Shown here: positions 51,224 through 59,641 of the stretch, in pieces
Numbering within the stretch: the stretch's first letter is position 1
Layout of the letters: each line of letters begins with the position of its first letter
DNA from: a virus
Strand: one strand, 5' to 3'
IMG/VR virus record: IMGVR_UViG_3300013307_000004
Span: 3,781 to 67,780 of that record
Length of the DNA stretch: 64,000 nucleotides
Notes under the pieces: model-generated
Seen by the model: the letters and a program-made list of their open reading frames with translations, nothing else
Database searches by the model: none
Told to the model about the DNA's origin: nothing
Made by a program: the position numbers and the translations under genes

Positions 51224-51963
51224 AGATTGTTGCCCCTTATGCCAGGATTTTAAGTCCCAAGACTATCCTCAGTAAACTCCAGCTTATAGAATATGCTGGA
51301 AGAATCTCTCACCGTTCAGAAGAAGAAATGAAAGAGGATACCTGGGGAAAGTTCATCACAGCTGTTGTGTTGAAACATGGAGACTGGTCTATTACAGAAC
51401 ATGTAACGATCAGTGTTGAAGTTCTTACAGATCGTGGTGTTACTCATGAAATTGTAAGACACAGAATCGCAGCATATACTCAGGAGTCTACGCGATTCGT
51501 GAACTATGCGAAAAAGATGCCACCAGCTTTTCTGTATCCGAAACCAGACGTAAAGTGTGCTCTATGCTTAGCTGGTGATGAGGCTGAACTTAATGGAAGT
51601 CCATCTGATGGGTATAGTTTTCATCATCACGATGATGATGCTTCAGATTGTGCTTATGATACTGAGTGGATGTTTGCTATTCATGAAGCAGAACGTCATT
51701 ATAGACTTCTCTTGGAAAAGGGATGGCGTCCACAAGAAGCACGGAGTGTATTTCCAAATGCTCTTGCTTCGAAGATTGTCTGTACTTATAATCTTCGTAC
51801 GTGGAGGCATCTCTTCAGAATGCGGACGACAAAAGAAACACACCCGCAATTCAAAGAGTGGTCCGTTCCTTTGTTAGCTGAGTTTAAGAAGTTAATTCCT
51901 CTTCTGTACGACGATATTGAGCCAGATGCTCGACAGGTAGATAACTTGAGACTGCCATGCTGA
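51220..51963 (+). CDS. thyX: FAD-dependent thymidylate synthase
   Basis: RGVTHEIVRHRIAAYTQESTRF signature; PQEARSVFPN and NLRTWRHLF. Confidence 0.92.
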   Translation: MKIVAPYARILSPKTILSKLQLIEYAGRISHRSEEEMKEDTWGKFITAVVLKHGDWSITEHVTISVEVLTDRGVTHEIVRHRIAAYTQESTRFVNYAKKMPPAFLYPKPDVKCALCLAGDEAELNGSPSDGYSFHHHDDDASDCAYDTEWMFAIHEAERHYRLLLEKGWRPQEARSVFPNALASKIVCTYNLRTWRHLFRMRTTKETHPQFKEWSVPLLAEFKKLIPLLYDDIEPDARQVDNLRLPC

Positions 51964-52619
51964 AAGAGTTCTCAATTCATCCTCAACTGAACATAGCCTA
52001 TAGAGAAGGAACTTTCGATGAGTGGATACTTAATGAAACGAAAAGTTATTTTCCTCTTGGGCTTACTGACAATGATCGTGTGCTGGATCTTGGTGGTCAC
52101 ATCGGCTGCTTTGCTTCTCGCGCACTATTGGAAAAACCCGGAATACTTCTCTGGTCTTTTGAAGCCGAGAAATCTAACTTCGAAGTACTCGAACTTAATG
52201 CCAACTACTTTAAGTTTGGAGCATTCTACAGGGCGGTAGTTCCAGATGAACTTGAAGGACACGACATTAAGATTTATGTCAACGACAAAACGAATAATGC
52301 TCTTCATTCTACGATACCTACTCGTGGAAGATCAGAGCAGGTGGTAAAAGGGATTTCTTTAGGAAGTATTCTTAAGGATCTCAAACCGACAATCATCAAG
52401 TGTGACATTGAAGGATCAGAGTATCATCTGCCTTGGAAGTTAAATCCAGAAGTTCGTTATGTAGTAATGGAACTTCACTTAACTAAACCAGGACATCGGG
52501 GACTAGCTAAAACCACTCTTGATATTTTTTCAGATAATGGTTTTGAATTAGTTAATACTCCTCGAATTGGTGAAAAGAATTGGACTACCATTGCAAAGTG
52601 GAGGAGAAATGGACAGTAA
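51957..52619 (+). CDS. FkbM-family SAM-dependent methyltransferase
   Basis: VLDLGGHIGCF, SFEA...N and IKCDIEGSEY motifs. Confidence 0.85.
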   Translation: MLKEFSIHPQLNIAYREGTFDEWILNETKSYFPLGLTDNDRVLDLGGHIGCFASRALLEKPGILLWSFEAEKSNFEVLELNANYFKFGAFYRAVVPDELEGHDIKIYVNDKTNNALHSTIPTRGRSEQVVKGISLGSILKDLKPTIIKCDIEGSEYHLPWKLNPEVRYVVMELHLTKPGHRGLAKTTLDIFSDNGFELVNTPRIGEKNWTTIAKWRRNGQ

Positions 52620-53004
52620 TCAACCGCTCCTGTTCGTAGCAAGATTCAAAGGAGAAGGTCCTAGACCGAGAATAGTCTGCCTTTGTGGATCGACAAGATT
52701 CTACAAGGAGTACATGCAGGCTAATTTCGAAGAAACAATGAAAGGAAACATTGTCCTTTCAGTAGGATTTTTCGCCCATAGCGCCCATGAAATTGACTGG
52801 GCTAAGCGGGAACATGGCGAAACAATCGGAATCACAGAAGCAGAGAAAATAAAACTTGATGAGTTACACAAACGTAAGATAGATCTTGCTGATGAGATTC
52901 TCGTGATCAATGTAGGTGGCTACATAGGCTCGTCAACAAAATCTGAGATTGACTACGCTATCAAGTTGAACAAAACTGTTCGTTGGTTGGAGGATCCCAA
53001 GTGA
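52609..53004 (+). CDS. Nucleoside deoxyribosyltransferase-like (NDT-like) protein
   Basis: IVCLCGSTRF...KIDLADEILVINVGGYIGSSTKSEIDYA motif. Confidence 0.6.
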   Translation: MDSNQPLLFVARFKGEGPRPRIVCLCGSTRFYKEYMQANFEETMKGNIVLSVGFFAHSAHEIDWAKREHGETIGITEAEKIKLDELHKRKIDLADEILVINVGGYIGSSTKSEIDYAIKLNKTVRWLEDPK

Positions 53005-53357
53005 TTAACTTTCAAGAAGCAGTTCAGTGGTGGTGTGTTACTTGCCATGGAGTTGAACGTACTAGAAATGAAAAGGAAAGAACTCTTCGATTTATTGAAG
53101 AAGCTATAGAACTCTCGCAGTCGGCCGGCCTTTCAAAAGAAGAAGTTATTCGAATGGTAGAATGGGTCTATAGCAGAGAATCTGGCGTTTTACCTCAAGA
53201 GGTAGGCGGAGTAATGGTTACTCTAGCTGCATTATGTTCAGCTTTCTTTGTTCATATGGATGAAGAAGCTGAAACAGAATTGAGGAGAATATGGAATGTG
53301 ATGGACGTAATCCGCAAGAAACAACAATCAAAGATAAGCGCAGCCATAGGTTCGTAG
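53001..53357 (+). CDS. MazG-like nucleotide pyrophosphohydrolase
   Basis: RFIEEAIEL...QEVGGVMVTL...ETELRRI all-alpha NTP-PPase pattern. Confidence 0.65.
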   Translation: MINFQEAVQWWCVTCHGVERTRNEKERTLRFIEEAIELSQSAGLSKEEVIRMVEWVYSRESGVLPQEVGGVMVTLAALCSAFFVHMDEEAETELRRIWNVMDVIRKKQQSKISAAIGS

Positions 53358-54254
53358 GATCAACAACTTGTGGAAAATCATGGTATGGCTATTATAGACT
53401 TGCCGCGAATCTGATTCTTCGTAAGCCATGTGTGGCAATTATTGGTTACGAAAAAGAAGAAACCGTAAGGGAAAGAGTAAGGGAAATTCTGATTAAAGAG
53501 TTCAAGATCACTGCACCAGAAGTGGATGAATACTTGAAAGATTTAACAGTGAAAGGATACGATCATGTGGGCAGATCCTCATGAAAGCTACAACCCTAAC
53601 ATTACTCAAGAAGAGTGGGATGCCTTTAGATCTGATGAGAGACTTAAATCACTCGCATCGGATATTCGAGATGTTATTGAGTCTGGCTCTGTGGGCTCTG
53701 TTGATAGCTCTATTCTCGGAGAAATAAGTTTTGATGTTAGAGCTAGAATAGGAACTCCTGCTCCTCTCATACAAATGAAAACGTGTCCATGGTATGCCGC
53801 TTTGGTTATCTGTACTCTTATTCATGCTGAGTATGAGTGTGACAATCCAGTGAGAGAAGAAGGAAGAACCCGATTTTCTAAAAGTCGTTTTATGAATGAG
53901 CCTTACACCCCAGAAAACGTTACTTTTAATGAAGATCAGTGGGGACGCATGATACCGATTCTGATCTCTGAAGTAAGAAAAGAAGAAGAAAAACAGTATG
54001 AGCTCTTCGAATTCTAATACGAAGACAGTCATTCAACTTACTACAGAGGCTAGAACTAGGCTCTATTGTGTCCTAGTAGATTGTCCATCATGTAACGCTC
54101 ATCGTGGAGAATTGTGTTTCTCTGGTAAGGGAAATAAAAGATGGAAAGTAGGATATCATCATTTAAGGGGTAATTTAGTTCAGGAGCTGCGCAAAAAGAA
54201 CGAAAATTTTGATGAGCGTTACAGAGCTTTAGTAAAGACTCTGATGGAGGGAAA

Positions 54255-55736
54255 GTGAAGTACAAACTACTTGGACCACCAGGAACAGGAAAAACAACTC
54301 GACTCTTAGAGTATCTTGAACGTGAACTTGAAAAAGGTATTCCTGCTGAGCGAATCGCTTTCTTAACTTTCACTAGAGCAGCTAGAATGGAAGCGTTACA
54401 CAGGGCTAATAAAACTGAAAAAGAATTCCCTTTCTGTAAGACCATTCATTCTATATGTTACCACCAATTGGGTGTTGGTCGTGATCAAGTAGTCCGACCT
54501 GAGAACATTCGAGTATTTGGAAAAAAGATCGGTATCAAACTAACAGGCGCAGACTTAGACCCGTGGATTGAAGAATATGAACGGACCCTTGAGGCAGCGA
54601 CTAGAGATGACGTTCTTCTTCAAATTAACCACCATGGTCGACATCGCAAAATCATGCTCAAAGAAGCTTTGGAGAATGCTTCTTTTGATATTGATTATAA
54701 GTATGCAGTATGGTTCACAAACGCATACCGCGCCTGGAAGACTGCTGAAGGCATTCTGGACTACACCGATCTCTTGTCTAGATATGTGGAATATGGAAAG
54801 CCTCTGGATATCGATGTATTATTTGTTGATGAGGCTCAGGATCTGTCTAGACTTCAATGGGAAGTAGTGAACATTCTAGGACAAAAGGCAGGTACATGGT
54901 ATGTCGCCGGTGATGATGACCAAGCAATTTTTAACTGGGCGGGTGCGGATAGTTCCGTATTCCAGGACTTTAGATCTGATTCAGTTGAGGTTCTTAATGA
55001 GTCTCATAGATTGTCACGGGCTGTTCATGGAGCTGCAAGAAAAATCACAGACAGGATCAAGAAAAGGCTCCCAAAAGAATATCAGCCTAGAGATTCTCAA
55101 GGCTCAGTACAAAATGCTGGCTACATTACCACTACTGACCTCAGTGAGAAGACCTACCTTTTGTTCAGAAACCATTTCAGAGGAGCAGACCTCGCAAGCA
55201 TTCTTAAACGTGAGAGAATCCCTTACATCGGAAAAGGCAGTCCTGTCAACAGTAAAGAGACTAGAGTTGCTCTTTACGCCTGGTACAACCTCTTTAAGAA
55301 AAAAGAAGAAACCTCAGAAAGAGTCAAAACGCTGATTAGATTTATGGATGAAGAGTATCTTAATCCAATGGCAAGAAATCTTGTGAAGCAGAAACCAATC
55401 TTAGGCATAGATGAAGTTTTCATCTCTAGACCTAACTATCACAACTGGTACTTCACTCTTAAAAATCTACCAGGAAGAGATACTTTACCAGATCTGATTC
55501 GCCATGCTGGAATTTTGAGGTGTGCTTTACCAAAAGTAGAACTTATGTCTATTCACCAATCAAAGGGACGCGAAGCTCACACAGTCATTATTGATCCAGA
55601 CATGAGTAGATCGGTGTTCAACAACATGATTCATAATCCGGATGACGAGCATCGTGTGTGGTATGTCGCAGTCACAAGAGCGAAAGAAAGAGTCTTTTTG
55701 CTGTTACCAAACGGTGCTTTTAGTTACCGTTTTTGA
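54255..55736 (+). CDS. UvrD/Rep-like superfamily 1 helicase
   Basis: GPPGTGKT, VDEAQD, GDDDQAIF, SIHQSKGRE and YVAVTRA motifs. Confidence 0.92.
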   Translation: MKYKLLGPPGTGKTTRLLEYLERELEKGIPAERIAFLTFTRAARMEALHRANKTEKEFPFCKTIHSICYHQLGVGRDQVVRPENIRVFGKKIGIKLTGADLDPWIEEYERTLEAATRDDVLLQINHHGRHRKIMLKEALENASFDIDYKYAVWFTNAYRAWKTAEGILDYTDLLSRYVEYGKPLDIDVLFVDEAQDLSRLQWEVVNILGQKAGTWYVAGDDDQAIFNWAGADSSVFQDFRSDSVEVLNESHRLSRAVHGAARKITDRIKKRLPKEYQPRDSQGSVQNAGYITTTDLSEKTYLLFRNHFRGADLASILKRERIPYIGKGSPVNSKETRVALYAWYNLFKKKEETSERVKTLIRFMDEEYLNPMARNLVKQKPILGIDEVFISRPNYHNWYFTLKNLPGRDTLPDLIRHAGILRCALPKVELMSIHQSKGREAHTVIIDPDMSRSVFNNMIHNPDDEHRVWYVAVTRAKERVFLLLPNGAFSYRF

Positions 55737-55787
55737 GAAGTAATCGAAACTTTGGTTACTAAAGAGTATCAACTGGTTACGATTTTA

Positions 55788-55819
55788 TTGTATCAACTTG
55801 TGCAAAGTTGGTATATAAT
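55788..55819 (+). promoter_or_regulatory. Promoter with CAACTT-N5-AAGTTG palindrome
   Basis: TTGTAT-CAACTTGTGCAAAGTTG-GTA-TATAAT upstream of two winged-helix paralogue genes. Confidence 0.65.
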
Positions 55820-55858
55820 AGAATCAAGATTGAATAATTCGAAAGGCTTTCCATCGGC

Positions 55859-56482
55859 ATGGAAATTCGCGAGGTTACTACTTACAACGAAAAGGCTCCG
55901 TTTACCGGTTACGGTTTATGGATAGTTTTCGAAACTAAGTACAGGAAAGCCCATCTAATTCATCCAGTCTTGTTAACTGAATTGATGCTCACTGAGTATG
56001 AATTCGTTAAATCGGCAGGGGACAGACTATGGCCACTCAATGAAACTAAGACAAGCTTCAATTTCGAGAGGTTTCGCCAAGGATTCAAAGAGCGTGTTAA
56101 TCTGTTCATTCGAACAAACAAACCATTTCCGCTAAACACTGTAGCTAAGGTGATCTCAGAGTTAGATGAAATATCTGAGGAAGAAGCCTACCGATACATT
56201 AAGTCCCTCGATCAGAGTGCTTGGGATGATTGCATCGAGACTACTCTCAGACTCGATAAAACTAATCGGGAATACGCCTTGGTGAAAGGGGCTGACATTA
56301 GTCACATATCGGGTAGGCCCCGCACGATAGTGGAAATTTTCATGGAAACCGGACCTTCTAGCATCTACAAAATCACTGAGTTGGCCACTGGAAGGTTAAA
56401 AACAAAGTGCAAGATAAGTAGGACAGTGACCTACTTCGTGCATAAACTAACCGCTGAAGGCGTGTTAGAAATCGTGGCCTAG
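55859..56482 (+). CDS. Protein with C-terminal winged-helix-like domain, paralogue 4
   Basis: YALV...SGRPR...LKTK...TVTYFVHKLTAEGVLE aligns with paralogues 1-3. Confidence 0.6.
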   Translation: MEIREVTTYNEKAPFTGYGLWIVFETKYRKAHLIHPVLLTELMLTEYEFVKSAGDRLWPLNETKTSFNFERFRQGFKERVNLFIRTNKPFPLNTVAKVISELDEISEEEAYRYIKSLDQSAWDDCIETTLRLDKTNREYALVKGADISHISGRPRTIVEIFMETGPSSIYKITELATGRLKTKCKISRTVTYFVHKLTAEGVLEIVA

Positions 56483-56501
56483 AGCCAAGGAGAATATAGA
56501 A

Positions 56502-56927
56502 ATGGCAGATACACAGGAAACAAAAGGAAAGCAGAAGACTGGCGATAAGGTAGTTGCAGAGTCGCCGAAGCCGGCAGAAACCGCTGCTACCACCACAGTA
56601 GACGCACCTGCGAAGGAAAAGAAGCCCCGTGCTCCTAAGGGCAGCGCGAACTATCGGATCCTCGATGGCGTGGATGTTTCGAAGTTCAGCGGACAGCGTC
56701 TCGCGGTTGTGAAGGCGATGCAGAAGCTTGCCGGTGCTCAGGGCGGCGATAAGTTTTTCTCGGTTGATGAGATCGCGAAGAACGTCGAGGGTCTCCAGTC
56801 GAAGCATCCGGTGGCTGATTCCACAGCGTGGCATCTGAAGCAGATGAAAGCTCTCAAGATTGTTGACGAGCAGATCACGCCAGCTCCTGCGGCTGCGGCC
56901 ACCACGGACGCAACCAAAGCGGCCTAA
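56502..56927 (+). CDS. Winged-helix-like DNA-binding protein, paralogue 3
   Basis: YRIL...SGQR...STAWHLKQMKALKIVD; Ala/Lys/Thr-rich tails. Confidence 0.7.
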   Translation: MADTQETKGKQKTGDKVVAESPKPAETAATTTVDAPAKEKKPRAPKGSANYRILDGVDVSKFSGQRLAVVKAMQKLAGAQGGDKFFSVDEIAKNVEGLQSKHPVADSTAWHLKQMKALKIVDEQITPAPAAAATTDATKAA

Positions 56928-56930
56928 TTT

Positions 56931-57017
56931 CTAGCACACGGTTTGAGTTCTCCTTTCCGGTGTGCTAGTCGGCGGGGTGGGTTGAGTCGAAAGACTTCTC
57001 ACCCCGTTCCCTTTTTA
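56931..57017 (+). terminator. Double hairpin ending in terminator
   Basis: CTAGCACACGG/CCGGTGTGCTAG stem, then CGGGGTG...GTC-GAAA-GAC...CACCCCG and a T run. Confidence 0.65.
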
Positions 57018-57416
57018 ACCAAACATCTCAGCTGATCGATACGATCAACCTCAGGTGTGAACCATACACGAGGATCTAATGGACTCTGATCTGAAGTCAA
57101 TACTCCCAGAAATACATATTAGACCATTTCCTAGCAGACAGATTACGTATTCTGGGGAACTTGGCAATTTTTCCAGAGCGTACACCAATTGCCCTAAGTG
57201 TGGCAATACCGGGGATCTGTACGCAGGAAAGAACTTTGATATGAGGTACTGTCCTGGAAATATGCCAGTAGAGCACATTTGCAGAGACATGTTAAATCGA
57301 GAGCATACTCATCCGAACAACTGTGCTGGCGTTTCTGTAGAACATCATCATGTGTTCTGTAAAGTTTGTGAGTTCATTTTCTTCTTTAATCTCCCAGATC
57401 TTTCAGAGGACAAACC

Positions 57417-58358
57417 ATGGCAAAAGTGATAGTTCTCGAAGGCCCTGATGGAAGTGGAAAAACAACCTTAGCCAGGAAACTTGAATCAATGGGGTGGGAA
57501 TATCATCATGAAGGTCCTCCCGAGCGTGGCATCAATGTTGTTGAGCATTATCTGCGGATCATTGATTCTTCTCTTAAAAGTCCTAGAAACATTGTTCATG
57601 ATAGACTTTTCGCAGGAGAAACTGTCTATGGTCCTATTCACAGAAACTATGACGCTATTGGCGGATGGGAAGGATTAAGACTCTTCAAGAGACTAACTAC
57701 TAGTCGACCCATCTTCCAGTTTCTGTGCATGCCAAAACAGAAGATACTTGAGGATAATCTTCGAAGTAATCCAGAAGATTTGGAACGTTACGGTCTAGAG
57801 AAATTCCGCAAAATTTGTGACAGATACTGGGAACTAGATCATGTGATGAACTGGCGAATCTTTGATTACACGAAACACCACGCAGAATACGTAGCACACG
57901 TAACAAATCAAGAGTACAGATTTCTTCCAGAGGGAACTATCGGCTCTCCTGTCGCAAAGTACCTATTCATTGGAGACCAGCCAAATCATGACTCAGTCGA
58001 TGTCCCGTTCTTTGCTCTTAATGGTTCGAGTGGCTACCTTAACACTGCTATTACTATCTGCAAATTCGCCGAAGATGATCTTGCTTTTAGTAATGCTTTT
58101 GGCCCTCGCGGTAACGTTACTCATTCTCTTGAAGAAATAATCTGGAGTTTTCCAGAGATGAAACACATGTTTCTTATGGGAGGACCGGCTAAATCATGGT
58201 TCGATCAACAAATGGGACGGTTCTCTTTACCAAAAGGAACTAGATTCCATGTTCACAAAATTCAGCATCCGTCGTATCTCAAAAGATTTAAGGGTAGTAA
58301 TCCAGAGTTTCTAGCCGACATAATCAAAGGAGTTCTTGATGGCAAAGCTAATCAGTGA
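57417..58358 (+). CDS. dNMP (thymidylate-kinase-like) kinase fused to a uracil-DNA-glycosylase-like domain
   Basis: N-terminal EGPDGSGKTT and HDR; C-terminal YLFIGDQPN...VPF...SN...HPSY resembling UDG family 4/5 motifs. Confidence 0.75.
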   Translation: MAKVIVLEGPDGSGKTTLARKLESMGWEYHHEGPPERGINVVEHYLRIIDSSLKSPRNIVHDRLFAGETVYGPIHRNYDAIGGWEGLRLFKRLTTSRPIFQFLCMPKQKILEDNLRSNPEDLERYGLEKFRKICDRYWELDHVMNWRIFDYTKHHAEYVAHVTNQEYRFLPEGTIGSPVAKYLFIGDQPNHDSVDVPFFALNGSSGYLNTAITICKFAEDDLAFSNAFGPRGNVTHSLEEIIWSFPEMKHMFLMGGPAKSWFDQQMGRFSLPKGTRFHVHKIQHPSYLKRFKGSNPEFLADIIKGVLDGKANQ

Positions 58359-59217
58359 TCTTGGAATTACAAAAGTGTGGGTCAAGCTTCTTGGGACATT
58401 GCTTGATGAAGGAGCGATTTCTTCTCCTCGCGATCAGAAAACGAAAGAAATTCTTAACATGACTGTTGAAGTTAGATGGGGACTAGAAAATGTTATTGTT
58501 TCTCCAGTTCGAGATCTTAACTACAAGTTCATGGTAGCTGAGTGGTTGTGGATCATGGCTGGACTTAATGGCGTGGATATTCTTGCAAAGTATAATAGCG
58601 TGATGAGAAATTTCTCTGATGACGGTCATATTCTGTCTGGAGCTTATGGGCCGAGATTGATGCCTCAGATGGATTACGTTATCGAGAATCTTAAGAAACA
58701 AGATTCACGTCAAGCTGTTGCTACTATCTGGACTCCTAATCCACAGAATTCGAAGGACATTCCATGTACTATTTCAGTTCAGTGGCTAATCAGACCTAAC
58801 ATAGCCGGCTCTAATAGATTGAACTGCATTGTGAATATGAGAAGTTCAGATGCTTGGCTTGGTCTTCCATACGACTATTACACTTTCAGTCAGATTACAA
58901 ATTGGCTTGGGTTAAAAGTAGGATGTCCTGTAGGTTCAGTAACCTTTAATCTAGGTTCTAGTCATCTTTATGAAAGAGATTGGGCAGGAGCTCTTAAAGT
59001 CATGGAGGATGAAAAACTTAATACAGTGGGATCACCAGACTTCTTTGATAGTGAGTTTCTTCCAATTAAAAAAGAAGACTTTCAAAACATGCTCCACATT
59101 CCAGAGAAAATGGCTAACGAAGGTCCAGAACCTTGGATTGAATATGCAGAAATCTTAGCTTCGCCCAGATCTCACTCTTTGGAGGTGTTACGTGGTCTCA
59201 CGGGTCAGCAAATCTGA
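58339..59217 (+). CDS. Thymidylate synthase homologue, probable dCMP hydroxymethylase (or methylase)
   Basis: GAYGPRL, SRQA, DIPCT catalytic Cys, MRSSDAWLGLPYD (Asp where dUMP-specific TS has Asn) and SSHLYE. Confidence 0.8.
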   Translation: MAKLISDLGITKVWVKLLGTLLDEGAISSPRDQKTKEILNMTVEVRWGLENVIVSPVRDLNYKFMVAEWLWIMAGLNGVDILAKYNSVMRNFSDDGHILSGAYGPRLMPQMDYVIENLKKQDSRQAVATIWTPNPQNSKDIPCTISVQWLIRPNIAGSNRLNCIVNMRSSDAWLGLPYDYYTFSQITNWLGLKVGCPVGSVTFNLGSSHLYERDWAGALKVMEDEKLNTVGSPDFFDSEFLPIKKEDFQNMLHIPEKMANEGPEPWIEYAEILASPRSHSLEVLRGLTGQQI

Positions 59218-59641
59218 GTATTTTCTTCAAATCTTGGATCTAGTAGCTAGCAGAAGTACGTGTAAAAGGAGGGCAGTCGGTGCGATCATCACAGATGAAG
59301 AAGGACACATTCTCTCTACAGGATATAACGGCGTTCCACGTGGCTTTGATCATTGTATTGACGTTCCTTGCAGTGGTGCTGGCGATAGACCCGGAGATTC
59401 GTCAAACTGTATGGCAGTTCATGCTGAAACAAATGCACTTCTCCAATGCTCGGACTTAGAAAGAGCCAGGATTCTTTACTCAACCTGCGTTCCTTGCTTT
59501 GGATGTGCGAAGAGTATCGCAAACACTAAGATCAAAACAGTTATTGCGAAACAGACTTATGCGGATACTCGAGGCATGGATGTTCTTTTAGAAGCCGGCA
59601 TAGTAGTTGAAGTTAATGGGGAGGTATATGGCAGGGACTAG
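59192..59641 (+). CDS. dCMP deaminase
   Basis: RSTC...VGA...TGYNG, HAE.NA and PCFGC zinc motifs. Confidence 0.92.
   Translation: MVSRVSKSEYFLQILDLVASRSTCKRRAVGAIITDEEGHILSTGYNGVPRGFDHCIDVPCSGAGDRPGDSSNCMAVHAETNALLQCSDLERARILYSTCVPCFGCAKSIANTKIKTVIAKQTYADTRGMDVLLEAGIVVEVNGEVYGRD

Noticed and set aside
58339-59217. Ordinary ThyA redundant with ThyX
   Set aside because: The specificity residue is Asp rather than Asn, and the context points to dCMP modification
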